64,000 nucleotides of DNA, from positions 128,001 to 192,000 of the forward strand of contig JAVKHQ010000001.1 of the NCBI GenBank assembly GCA_031459875.1, in the 5' to 3' direction. Shown one piece after another: positions 44,819-53,351 of the stretch. This stretch comes from Candidatus Fervidifonticultor sextus. Its GTDB lineage: Bacteria > Sysuimicrobiota > Sysuimicrobiia > Sysuimicrobiales > Humicultoraceae. The notes beneath the pieces were generated by a model. It was not told the origin of the DNA. It did no database searches and worked only from the letters and a program-made list of their open reading frames with translations. The translations under genes and the position numbers were made by a program. Position 1 is the stretch's first letter. Each line of letters starts with the position of its first letter.

Positions 44819-45764
44819 GCGGGACCTCGAGCACCGGAACCGGCAGCGCCGCGGTGATCTCGTCGATGACCTGCTCCGCCACCGCCGCCGCGCCGGGTTG
44901 CGGCCGCATGACGAGTCGGTGGGCCAGCACGGGGACGCACAGCGCCTTCACGTCGTCCGGCGTCACGTACGGGGAGCCGCGCAGCAACGCCCGCGCCTGC
45001 GCCGCGCGCAGCAGGGCCAGGCCGCCGCGGGGACTGCAGCCCAGGGCGACGGCCGGATGCGACCGCGTGGCGGTCGCCAGCGCCAGGACATAGTCCCGCA
45101 CCGCCGGGCTGACGTGCACGTCCGACGCCGCCTGCTGCAGGGCCAGCACGTCGCCGGGCGCCAGCACCGGTTCGACATCCTCGATGGGATGGTGCCCCAG
45201 GTGCCGCGCCAGCATCGCCCGCTCGGCGTCCGGGAGCGGGTAGCCCAGCGACGTCGCCACGGCGAACCGGTCCAGCTGGCCCTCGGGCAGAGGGTAGGTG
45301 CCGTGGTGCTCCGTGGGGTTGAGGGTCGCGATCAGGAAGAACGGGTGGGGCAGGCGCCGCGCCTGCCCGTCCACCGTGACCTGCCACTCGTCCATCGGCT
45401 CCAGGAACGACGACTGGGTGCGCGGCGTGGTGCGGTTGAGTTCGTCCACCAGCACCACGTTGGCGAAGATGGGCCCCGGTACGAACCGGGTCTCGTAGGT
45501 CCTGGGGTCAATGATGGACGTGCCCAGAATGTCGGACGGCAGCAGGTCGGGCGTGCACTGAATGCGGGTGAACTCCCCGCCGATGGACCGGGCCAGTGCC
45601 CGGGCCAGCATCGTCTTGCCCACGCCGGGCACGTCGCGCAGCAGGACGTGCCCCCGCGACAGGAGCGCCACCAGCACCAGGTTGATGACCTCGTCCTTGC
45701 CGAGGATGACCCGCCCGATGCTCTCGCGCAGCCGGCCCGTATGCTCGAAGACCGCGGGATTCAC
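44805..45764 (-). CDS. moxR: MoxR family AAA+ ATPase
   Basis: DVPGVGKT, RIQCTPDLLPSD, DELNR, YPLPEGQLDRF, SPRG. Confidence 0.94.
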   Translation of the reverse strand: MNPAVFEHTGRLRESIGRVILGKDEVINLVLVALLSRGHVLLRDVPGVGKTMLARALARSIGGEFTRIQCTPDLLPSDILGTSIIDPRTYETRFVPGPIFANVVLVDELNRTTPRTQSSFLEPMDEWQVTVDGQARRLPHPFFLIATLNPTEHHGTYPLPEGQLDRFAVATSLGYPLPDAERAMLARHLGHHPIEDVEPVLAPGDVLALQQAASDVHVSPAVRDYVLALATATRSHPAVALGCSPRGGLALLRAAQARALLRGSPYVTPDDVKALCVPVLAHRLVMRPQPGAAAVAEQVIDEITAALPVPVLEVPRADA

Positions 45765-45779
45765 CCCCTGTCCCCTCGC

Positions 45780-46196
45780 CTACGGCACCAGTGTCAGCGC
45801 ACCGACAAACGACGGGCGGTACAGGGCGAAATCCCGCCGGTCGTAGGTGAACACCGTCTTGATCCGGTGGCGCTCGCAGAGGGCCAGGCTCACGCAGTCG
45901 ACGAATCCCAGGTCGGCGTCCAGATACTCGCGGTCGATCTCTCGGGCCTTCGCCAGGGTCTCTCCGGATACCGGAAGGACATCAAAGACCCCTCGAATCA
46001 CGTCATCCCACAGAGCCCGGGCGGCGTCCGGGCCGAGCCGGCCCTCAAGGAAGAGCACGGCCTCAACGAGCACCGGTGTCGGGATGGCCAGGACCTCGCG
46101 TGGCCGGATCCGCCGGAAGTATGACACCGCCTCCCGGTGGTGGTGATCCCTGCGATTGGCCAGGGCATACAGCGCCCCCGTGTCCACAAGGATCAC
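45780..46196 (-). CDS. vapC: PIN-domain (VapC) toxin
   Basis: ILVDTG, VLVE, LGFVDC, FTYDRRDF acidic active-site residues. Confidence 0.92.
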   Translation of the reverse strand: MILVDTGALYALANRRDHHHREAVSYFRRIRPREVLAIPTPVLVEAVLFLEGRLGPDAARALWDDVIRGVFDVLPVSGETLAKAREIDREYLDADLGFVDCVSLALCERHRIKTVFTYDRRDFALYRPSFVGALTLVP

Positions 46197-46435
46197 CGCG
46201 GCCGCCTTCGCCGCAGATGGGCCTTGAGCAGGGCCTCCACCCGTTCGGAGACGGCCCCCGCCTCAGGATCTGCGCCGACGCCGGGGAGCCGCGCTTTGGG
46301 CACCGAGCCGGAACCAACCAGAAAGCGATCCACAGCCTCTCGGATGAGGGCGGCCATCGGCTGACCTCGCAGACGCGCCCGACGCGCGAGGGCGGCCCGT
46401 TGACGCTCACTGAGATACACCATGGTCTTGTGCAT
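46193..46435 (-). CDS. RHH/CopG-type antitoxin
   Basis: MHKTMVYL...ALIREAVDRFL; GTGA overlap with the PIN gene. Confidence 0.85.
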   Translation of the reverse strand: MHKTMVYLSERQRAALARRARLRGQPMAALIREAVDRFLVGSGSVPKARLPGVGADPEAGAVSERVEALLKAHLRRRRPR

Positions 46436-46454
46436 GCTGCTCTCCTCCGCCGGT

Positions 46455-46493
46455 ACCGTACAGGAGGACGTCATATATGTCAACATATATGTC
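46455..46493 (-). promoter_or_regulatory. Sigma70 promoter with palindromic operator repeats
   Basis: TTGACA (46483-46478)-17 bp-TACGGT (46460-46455); two CATATATG palindromes at 46472-46479 and 46484-46491. Confidence 0.75.
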
Positions 46494-46495
46494 CG

Positions 46496-47593
46496 TCATG
46501 ACGGCCGCGTGGCCTGACGTCGCCAGGTCCACAGGTTGTGCATCACGTAGTTCAGCATCCCGCCGACCCCGATCGCCATCAGGTTGGCTAGCATCGGGGG
46601 CAGCCCCAGATGCGCCAGGCCGCCCAGGACAGCGAGGTAGACCAGGTACCCGGCCCAGGTCGCCACATAGTACTTGCCCATCCGCTGGAGGAAAACAGAC
46701 AGGCCGCGCTCGCGGCGGTCCGCCCACGTGTACGCGTTGTTGAGGAGGAAGTTCGTGCAGGTGGAGACCAGTCCGGCGACCACCCCCGCGGCCAGGTAGT
46801 GGACGCGCAGCGGGCGGATCAGCAGCCAGAACACGGTCATGTTCACCGCCACACCGCTCGCCCCGACCATGAGGAACTTCCACAGGCGGGCATCGCCGGG
46901 ACTCGTGGCGGTCAGGAGGGCGATGTGCCGGAGGAGGGTCACGCCCTGGCGCAGCGAGGCCTTCGTCTGTCCCCGGTGGCGTTTCTCGAAGACATAGGGG
47001 ACTTCCGCCAGACGCCCGTAGCGGCCGCGCACCAGGACCTCCAGCAGGATCTTGAACCCCAGCGGCCGCAGGGTCACCCCTTCGAGCACGCCGCGCCTGG
47101 CGATGAAGCACCCGGACAGCGGATCGCTACTCCTGCGCGCCCCTCCCAGGAGGACCCAGGCCAGCAGCCGCGTGCCGCGCGAGACCAGGCGGCGGAACGG
47201 GCTCAGCCCCGGCCGGCCGGCACCGGGCAGGTAGCGGGAGGCCACGACCAGGTCGGCCCCTGTCTCTTCCATCCGGCGCAGCAGCGCCGGCAGCAGGGAC
47301 GGCGGGTGCTGCAGGTCGGCGTCCATGACCCCGATGACCTCGCCGCGGGCCAGGCCGATGCCGTCTGCGACCGCGCTGGCCAGGCCTCCGCCGCCGTCGC
47401 GGTGGTGCACGGTCAGGCGGGGATTGGCGCGCGCCAGGTCAGCGAGCACCGCGTCGGTCCCGTCGGTGCTGTCGTCCACGAAGATGAGTTCGTAGTCGGT
47501 CTCCGCCAGCGCCGCGCCCAGGGCCTCGACCAGGCGCGGGACGTTTTCACGCTCGTTGCGGGTGGGGATGATGACCGAGAGCGTCGGCGGCAT
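46496..47593 (-). CDS. Polyprenol-phosphate mannose synthase-like GT2 fused to a GtrA-like flippase
   Basis: IIPTRNE, DDSTD, GLASA, MDADLQHPP, DPLSG, GFKILLE; C-terminal 'KFLMVGASG...NFLLNNAYTW'. Confidence 0.9.
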   Translation of the reverse strand: MPPTLSVIIPTRNERENVPRLVEALGAALAETDYELIFVDDSTDGTDAVLADLARANPRLTVHHRDGGGGLASAVADGIGLARGEVIGVMDADLQHPPSLLPALLRRMEETGADLVVASRYLPGAGRPGLSPFRRLVSRGTRLLAWVLLGGARRSSDPLSGCFIARRGVLEGVTLRPLGFKILLEVLVRGRYGRLAEVPYVFEKRHRGQTKASLRQGVTLLRHIALLTATSPGDARLWKFLMVGASGVAVNMTVFWLLIRPLRVHYLAAGVVAGLVSTCTNFLLNNAYTWADRRERGLSVFLQRMGKYYVATWAGYLVYLAVLGGLAHLGLPPMLANLMAIGVGGMLNYVMHNLWTWRRQATRPS

Positions 47594-47798
47594 CGGGTTC
47601 AGGACGGCAGAGAAAACTCGTCCGGCGTGCCCTCGGCCAGACTGCGGACCTTCTGGGCCGGGAGCAGCTCCGCCCGGCCTGTCCGGCTCGGGGGGTTCTC
47701 GAGGTCGGCGATCTTCACACGACGCATCGGACACCTTCCGACACGGCCATCATAGCCGCGTCCACACCACCGCGCAACGCGTTCCACCGGCCCTGAGA

Positions 47799-48617
47799 TC
47801 ACCCTGATCTTCGCGGCGCCGCCCCTCGACGGCCCTCCCGCAAGGTCCGACTGTCTCCCCGGAGGTCCTTGGATTGTGCAGGCGGCGCACACATCAACCG
47901 CAGGTATCCGGCGATCGTCTTCCCCGTCGGCATCTTGCTCGCGCCCACCTTCCAGTCGTAGCGCAGGTCCAGCGGCACCTCCACGATGCGCGGCCGGAAC
48001 ACCGCGAGTTTTACCAGGAGTTCGGTCATCACGACGAACCCCTGCGACTCGATGAGGCGATCGCCGTAGGCCTCCAGCGCCTGCTGCAGCAGCCCGGCCC
48101 GGAAGGCCCGGTAGCCGCAGGAGTAGTCCCGGACGCCGGGCAGGCCGAAGCGGACCCGCAGCAGCCACCCGATCCCGGCCGAGAGGAGTGCCCGGTGCGG
48201 CGGCACCCCGGCCTGGCGGGCCCCGCGGACGTACCGCGATGCGATCACCACATCCGCCCCGTCCCGCAGGGCCGCCAGCATCGCAGGGATCTGCTCGGGC
48301 CGGTGGGTGTTGTCCGCATCCATGGTGACGATGACGTCCTCCGGGGAGGCCAGACGGCAGGCATGCTCCAGGCCGGTGCGGATGGCGGCGGCCAGGCCGC
48401 GGTTGTCGGGGTGGGTGAGGACGTCGAGCCGCATCCGCCCGGCAAACGCGCGGGCGACGGCGCCGGTCTCGTCGCGGCTTCCGTCATCCACGACCACGGT
48501 GTGCCAGATCGCGCCCCGCCCCGCGCGCCCGATCGCCTCCAACAGGAGGGGAAGGCCTGCCGCTTCATTGTAGGCGGGTAGCACAATCCAGACTGTCCCC
48601 AGAGTCCTTTCCTCCAC
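47799..48617 (-). CDS. GT2 polyprenol-phosphate glycosyltransferase (DPM1-like)
   Basis: VLPAYNE, DDGSRD, NRGL, MDADNTH, DYSCGYRA; start uncertain. Confidence 0.88.
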   Translation of the reverse strand: MEERTLGTVWIVLPAYNEAAGLPLLLEAIGRAGRGAIWHTVVVDDGSRDETGAVARAFAGRMRLDVLTHPDNRGLAAAIRTGLEHACRLASPEDVIVTMDADNTHRPEQIPAMLAALRDGADVVIASRYVRGARQAGVPPHRALLSAGIGWLLRVRFGLPGVRDYSCGYRAFRAGLLQQALEAYGDRLIESQGFVVMTELLVKLAVFRPRIVEVPLDLRYDWKVGASKMPTGKTIAGYLRLMCAPPAQSKDLRGDSRTLREGRRGAAPRRSG

Positions 48618-48749
48618 CTGCCGATGGGGCCTCGTCACCGCTGTTCCACAGCCGAGTTCATCCTTCCCTTCTCCTTCCCGCTCCGGATCCTGGCAAGACG
48701 CAGGCATGGTAAGATGAGGGGGTACGGGAGGGAGTTGGAGGCACCCGAC

Positions 48750-49529
48750 GTGGTCGAAGCACGCGTGGACAGACTGGAGGCGGCGCTGCAGCGCCTGGCC
48801 GACGCCCAGGCACAGACCCAGGAGGAACTGCGCGCGCTCGCCTCCGCCCAGCGGCGGACCGAAGAACGCCTGGAAACCCTTGCCGCACGGGTGCAACAAC
48901 TGGCCGATCATCGGGATCGGCTGACCGCCCGGGTGGACCAGTTGACCGTCCACCTGGACCAGCTCACCGCCCGGGTCGACCAGTTGACCGTCCACCTCGA
49001 CCAACTCACCGCCCGGGTCGACCAGTTGACCGTCCGCCTCGACCAGCTCACTGCCCGGGTCGACCAGTTGACCGTGCAGGTCGGCCGCCTGGCGACGGTG
49101 GTGGGCGTCCTCAAGGGCCACAGCCTCGAGCAGCGCTACCGGGAACGAGCGCTCGCCTACTTCGACGATCTCCTCCGCGGCATCCACGTGCTCTCCTCCG
49201 AGGAACTGGCCGCGCTGCTGGATGAGGCCCTCTCCCGCGGGGTGCTCTCGCGGGAGGAGCGCCGCCTCGTGCTGGAGGCCGACGTCGTGGTCCGCGGGCG
49301 AAGGTGGGAGGACGCCAGCGAGGCCTACCTGGCCGCGGAGGTCTCGTCGGTGGTCGACTCCGAGGACGTGCGGCGCGCGCTGCGGCGAGCCGACCTGCTG
49401 GCGCGCGCCACCGGAACACCGGCCATCGCCACGGTCGCCGGCGAGACCATCACCGAGGAGGCCGAACAGGAGGCGAAGGCCCTGCGGGTCTGGCGGGTGC
49501 TGGACGGGAGAGCCCTGGCGCCGGACTAA
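48750..49529 (+). CDS. Heptad-repeat coiled-coil protein with C-terminal PD-(D/E)xK-like domain (DUF3782-like architecture)
   Basis: GGAGG RBS at 48737; LTARVDQLTVHLDQ repeats; 'ADVVVRG...YLAAEVS...DVRRA'. Confidence 0.75.
   Translation: MVEARVDRLEAALQRLADAQAQTQEELRALASAQRRTEERLETLAARVQQLADHRDRLTARVDQLTVHLDQLTARVDQLTVHLDQLTARVDQLTVRLDQLTARVDQLTVQVGRLATVVGVLKGHSLEQRYRERALAYFDDLLRGIHVLSSEELAALLDEALSRGVLSREERRLVLEADVVVRGRRWEDASEAYLAAEVSSVVDSEDVRRALRRADLLARATGTPAIATVAGETITEEAEQEAKALRVWRVLDGRALAPD
48921..49076 (+). repeat. 42-bp tandem repeat, about 3.7 copies, in frame
   Basis: Unit ctcaccgcccgggtcgaccagttgaccgtccacctcgaccag with few substitutions. Confidence 0.9.
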
Positions 49530-49604
49530 TGTGAATGTTGTGCGTCCGGGCGGGCGTACTCCTCCTCGGCGCCCCAGCACCGAACCGCCAGTCGGGCGGT
49601 GTCC

Positions 49605-49964
49605 TCATGCTCTTGTCAGGTAGAGGGCGTGGTTTAGGAGCGCGTCTTCGGCAGGGAAGTCTTTGAGGAGCCGATCGAGTGCCGAAATCAGAGGGCCGAT
49701 CGACCGTTGCGGAATGCTTCGCTCACTGACAAACACGATCCCCCAGTGTGTTCTCCCGGTGTGCGCCCATTCCACCAGTAGCGCGCGGAAGTCGGCGATG
49801 TTGTAGGTGACCAAAGCGCGCCGATCGGACGAGGCCGCGGCGAGTTGCTCGGGATCGCTCGCCCCCCGGGTCCCGGCCTCCTGTGCCGCCAGGACGTTAT
49901 GGCCACGGTCCCGGAGTTCCGCAGCCACACGCGGATTGATCTGCTCATTCAGCAGCAGGCGCAC
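49605..49964 (-). CDS. DUF5615 PIN-like toxin (VapC45-like)
   Basis: MRLLLNEQI, GASDPE, LVTYNIADF, HWGIV. Confidence 0.85.
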   Translation of the reverse strand: MRLLLNEQINPRVAAELRDRGHNVLAAQEAGTRGASDPEQLAAASSDRRALVTYNIADFRALLVEWAHTGRTHWGIVFVSERSIPQRSIGPLISALDRLLKDFPAEDALLNHALYLTRA

Positions 49965-49970
49965 CTGTGC

Positions 49971-50390
49971 CTACGCCCGGTAGGCCCGCGCGGCCGGAAA
50001 CTGTCGCAGCAAGTCCTCCGCTTGCTCTTCCTCCAGAGCCAGGCGCTCGTCGATCTCACGGGGGTAGCACCGGTAGTAGTGCACGGCGGCCTCAAGCTGA
50101 CGCCGCGCAAGCTGCGGAAGCGCCTCGGCAAGCGCCTCCAGATCTTCCTCGCACGCCCGGTAGGCCCGCGCGACCTCCCACACATCGATGCCGGTTCCGG
50201 CGACCACGGCGCGCCGTCCGGCGGGTCCATCCGCGAAGACGATGCCCGGGCACCGACGCTGACGCAAGGCCTCATCGACCAAGTTCTCGAGCACCTGACT
50301 CATCGGGCGCCGGATTCTTGCCGCCAGCCGGCGGACCTCCGATAAAAGGTCGGGCCGGAGACGCAGGCTGATTGGTAGGCTCTTCCTCAA
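49971..50390 (-). CDS. DUF433 antitoxin with N-terminal RHH
   Basis: ISLRL...; 'PGIVF', 'GRRAVVAGTGIDVWEV', 'AVHYY..YPREID'; TTG start. Confidence 0.85.
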   Translation of the reverse strand: MRKSLPISLRLRPDLLSEVRRLAARIRRPMSQVLENLVDEALRQRRCPGIVFADGPAGRRAVVAGTGIDVWEVARAYRACEEDLEALAEALPQLARRQLEAAVHYYRCYPREIDERLALEEEQAEDLLRQFPAARAYRA

Positions 50391-50619
50391 CCCTGAACCT
50401 TCCGCCTTCCGAATGACGCACTACATTTCGCTACAATCCACTACCAGCCTACTCCTGGCAGCGTCGAACGTCAACGTGGCTCTTCCTGCGCTTTCTCACC
50501 GGGGTCGATCCCAAAGAAGCCCAAGCTTTCCAGCGCTCCCTCGAGCGTGCAGAACAAGGGCGCTTGAAGGTCTCCATCAGCGACCTGGTCGCGGCCGAAC
50601 TCGCCCCGACGCTGCGATC

Positions 50620-51022
50620 CTATGCTGCGCCAGCGTCGAGGTAGTCGCGGACTCGTTGCTGGACACCGACCCCGGTGTCCGACGGGAACAGCACCTCAAC
50701 GACCAAGTCGGGCGCTCCCGCCACGAACCCCTGGAGCGAGCCCAGTGCCGACAGTCTGCCCTCGGAGACGGAGGCAATGCCCGGACCCCGGCCCCGTTCC
50801 GGATCGCCAGGAACGCTGAGCACGAACCCGACGTCGCCGACAGCGACCCTCCCGCCCGCTCCGCATGCTCGACGAGTCGCCGGTAGATTCTGCCGACGAT
50901 CTCTCCGTGCGCGAATTCATGGGGGGCATCTCGATGACCCTGCCGTTGACCAGCTCTCATCGGACCTCGTCCCCGCTGAACCGGAGGAGGTCTCTGACAG
51001 TCAACCGGGCATCGGTGGCCAT
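50620..51022 (-). pseudogene. Uma2 family endonuclease pseudogene
   Basis: MATDARLT...EVR*ELVNGRVIEMPP / HGEIVGRI / VGFVL...APDLVVEVL.PSD...DYLDAG*: in-frame TGA at 50957-50959 plus two frameshifts. Confidence 0.8.
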
Positions 51023-51105
51023 AACGCTCAGCGTCGCGTGTTCCAGTCTACCAGCGCAGCAAGGCGACGCCAGGACCCCTCTCCTTCCACACCCAAACGG
51101 CCGAG

Positions 51106-52659
51106 TCAGGGCGGATGATCGCGCTCCAGAAGAATCAGCACCGCCATGTTCACCACCTCCCGGCGCGCCACCCGGTACGACCGCCGGTCCAGAGCCCCCA
51201 TAAGGCTCCCGACCGCCTGCGGTACCGGCGGGACTGTCAGGACCCAGACCCTGGAATGGCCGGCCAGCGTGTCGACCACCGCCGGCAGGCGCACGCCGTT
51301 GGGACCCTCGACATCATCCCCTTCGGGGGTCAGGGTCATCCGAAAGTGCGGTCCGCGGAAGTAGTAGTCGACCGGAATGCGGGAAAACCCGGGCAGGAAG
51401 ACGATGGCATCGTCATCCCGCGCGTGCGCAGCCAGCGTGCGCGAGATCAACCGCCAGTCGAAGACGTCCAGCCGGGGCTGGCGGTAGAAGGCCACGGTCC
51501 CGATCGCGTTGGGCATGACGACCAGGGCCGCCAGGATCACGCCGGCGGCCCTCAACCGGCGGTGCGGGCCGGCGATCAGCGACGCGGCTCCCGCCGCGAC
51601 CAGCAGCGCCACAGCAGGCACGATGAAGAGCAGGTACCGCGGGGCGTACACGTTCAGCCCGAGGGAGACCGCGAATGCCACTACCGGCGGGCCAATGGCG
51701 GCGGCGAGCAGCAGGGCGACGGTCCGTCGGGGGATCGCAAGGTTGCGCACGGCCGCGGCGGCCAGCGCCACCGCCGCCGCCATGCCGAGGGCCGCCGGCC
51801 AGGAGGTGCCGACGGTCTGGATGGTCGAAAGCCGCGGGCCGAGCACCGGACGCCCCACGGTCATCGCCGCCAGCGTGTCGGGTAGTGTGGCAACCGACAG
51901 CGGGACCCGGTGCGCCGGCCAGGCCCGCCCGCCCGCCAGTTGCTGCGCCAACAGCGGCCCCCAGGGCAGAAACACCAGCGCGACCCCGCACCAGGCAAAC
52001 AGCGCCCGGCGCCATACGCCCGGATCCGGTCGCCACCAGATCAGGTAGCCGATCTGCGAGATCACCACGAGAAACCCATAGTAGTGGCTGTAGAGCATCA
52101 CCGCCGTGGCGGCCGCGTAGGCCGCCCAGAGGCGGCGGGCAGAGGTCGCGGCCCCGTCGTGTCGCGCTCCGGCCACCCCGAGAGCGGCCCACAGCGCCCA
52201 CCACGACCCCACGGCCGCCAGCGTGAGCAGGCCGTACATCCGGGCCTCCTGCGCCGCCGCCACCTGCGAGGGAGCCAGCGCCACCAGGGCGGCCGCGAGG
52301 AGCGCGGGGGCCGGCCCGAGCAGGCGCCGCCCGAATACCCAGGTGAGGAGGACGACCGGTGCACCGAGGACTACCGAGAGACTCCGGACCGCCGTCTCCC
52401 CGTCCCCGAAGAGGCCCATCCAGGCGTGCAACAGAAGGTAGTAGAGCGGCGGATGGGGGTCGTTGGCCGCGATGATCAGGAGCGCGCGGGCCACCGGCAT
52501 GGAGGCGAAGAAGACGCTGACGGTCTCGTCGAACCAGAGGGCCTTGGCATCCAGCGCCACCACCCGCAGCACGACCGCCAGGACGACCAGCACCAGTCCA
52601 GCCGCCCTCCAGGTCACGCCGGATGCCTGCGCGCCCCCGCCGACGCCCGTCCCACTCAT
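51106..52659 (-). CDS. GT-C (GT39/ArnT-like) glycosyltransferase downstream of pilin 2
   Basis: 'LWFDE', 'DPHPPLYY', 'RSLS', 'AQEARMY', 'YSHYY', 'PRYL', 'DWR'. Confidence 0.85.
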   Translation of the reverse strand: MSGTGVGGGAQASGVTWRAAGLVLVVLAVVLRVVALDAKALWFDETVSVFFASMPVARALLIIAANDPHPPLYYLLLHAWMGLFGDGETAVRSLSVVLGAPVVLLTWVFGRRLLGPAPALLAAALVALAPSQVAAAQEARMYGLLTLAAVGSWWALWAALGVAGARHDGAATSARRLWAAYAAATAVMLYSHYYGFLVVISQIGYLIWWRPDPGVWRRALFAWCGVALVFLPWGPLLAQQLAGGRAWPAHRVPLSVATLPDTLAAMTVGRPVLGPRLSTIQTVGTSWPAALGMAAAVALAAAAVRNLAIPRRTVALLLAAAIGPPVVAFAVSLGLNVYAPRYLLFIVPAVALLVAAGAASLIAGPHRRLRAAGVILAALVVMPNAIGTVAFYRQPRLDVFDWRLISRTLAAHARDDDAIVFLPGFSRIPVDYYFRGPHFRMTLTPEGDDVEGPNGVRLPAVVDTLAGHSRVWVLTVPPVPQAVGSLMGALDRRSYRVARREVVNMAVLILLERDHPP

Positions 52660-52792
52660 CTCAGGCTCACTATACCCTGGGCAGCCGATCATGGGCAGAG
52701 GCCCGGCCGCAGTCAGGGGCACGCGGTGGCGAGGCAGAGGGTGTAGAGGTGGAATCCGCGGGGCACCGACCAGTCCGCTGTCAGGCCGGGGC

Positions 52793-53245
52793 CTACGGCA
52801 GGACCTGCACGCGGGTTGAGGAGCCGTCGCTTCGGAGCGTCAGCGTGACGGTGGCGGCCCCGGACGCGCCCAGGAAGCTGCACCGGGACGGCCCACCGCC
52901 CGGGTCGCCCTGCGCCTGGAGCTGAATCTCCGTCGCCGTGCCGGCGGCCGCCAGGGTGAAGTTCCAGCAGTTTCCGCCCGGTTCCTGAAATCCAAACGTG
53001 GCGGCGAAGTTCGCCGAGGTGAGGCCGACCCAGGTGCCGTACTGCTGGTAGTACGCCCACGCCATGGTCTTGAGTTCCTGGAGCGTGTTGTCCGCTTCGG
53101 GCAAGAGGCTGTTTCGACCGCTGGCGGCGTACCGGGGGATCGCCAGGGCCAGCAGGATGCCCAGAATGGCCATCACGACCACCAGTTCGACCAACGTGAA
53201 TCCGCGGCTGCCGACAGACCGTCGCCTGCGCAGCTGGGGCCCCAT
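52793..53245 (-). CDS. pilA: Type IV pilin (paralogue 2)
   Basis: RG|FTLVELVVVMAILGILLALAIPRY; two C-terminal Cys. Confidence 0.9.
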   Translation of the reverse strand: MGPQLRRRRSVGSRGFTLVELVVVMAILGILLALAIPRYAASGRNSLLPEADNTLQELKTMAWAYYQQYGTWVGLTSANFAATFGFQEPGGNCWNFTLAAAGTATEIQLQAQGDPGGGPSRCSFLGASGAATVTLTLRSDGSSTRVQVLP

Positions 53246-53351
53246 CGTCTCGCGTCACGCTCCTCGGGAAGATTCAACGGCACCTGCCATCATATCCCAT
53301 GCCCACACGGGGCCGCCGTCCAGACGCCTGCGGGGTTCCCCCGGCGCCTGA

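Noticed and set aside
48921..49076. Possible CRISPR or DGR template repeats (also 56131-56240 and 58402-58538)
   Set aside because: All are in-frame coding tandem repeats; no spacers, no reverse transcriptase, no adenine-specific variation
52793..53245. Silent pilS-type cassette
   Set aside because: The gene is full length, with its own class III signal peptide and an upstream intergenic region
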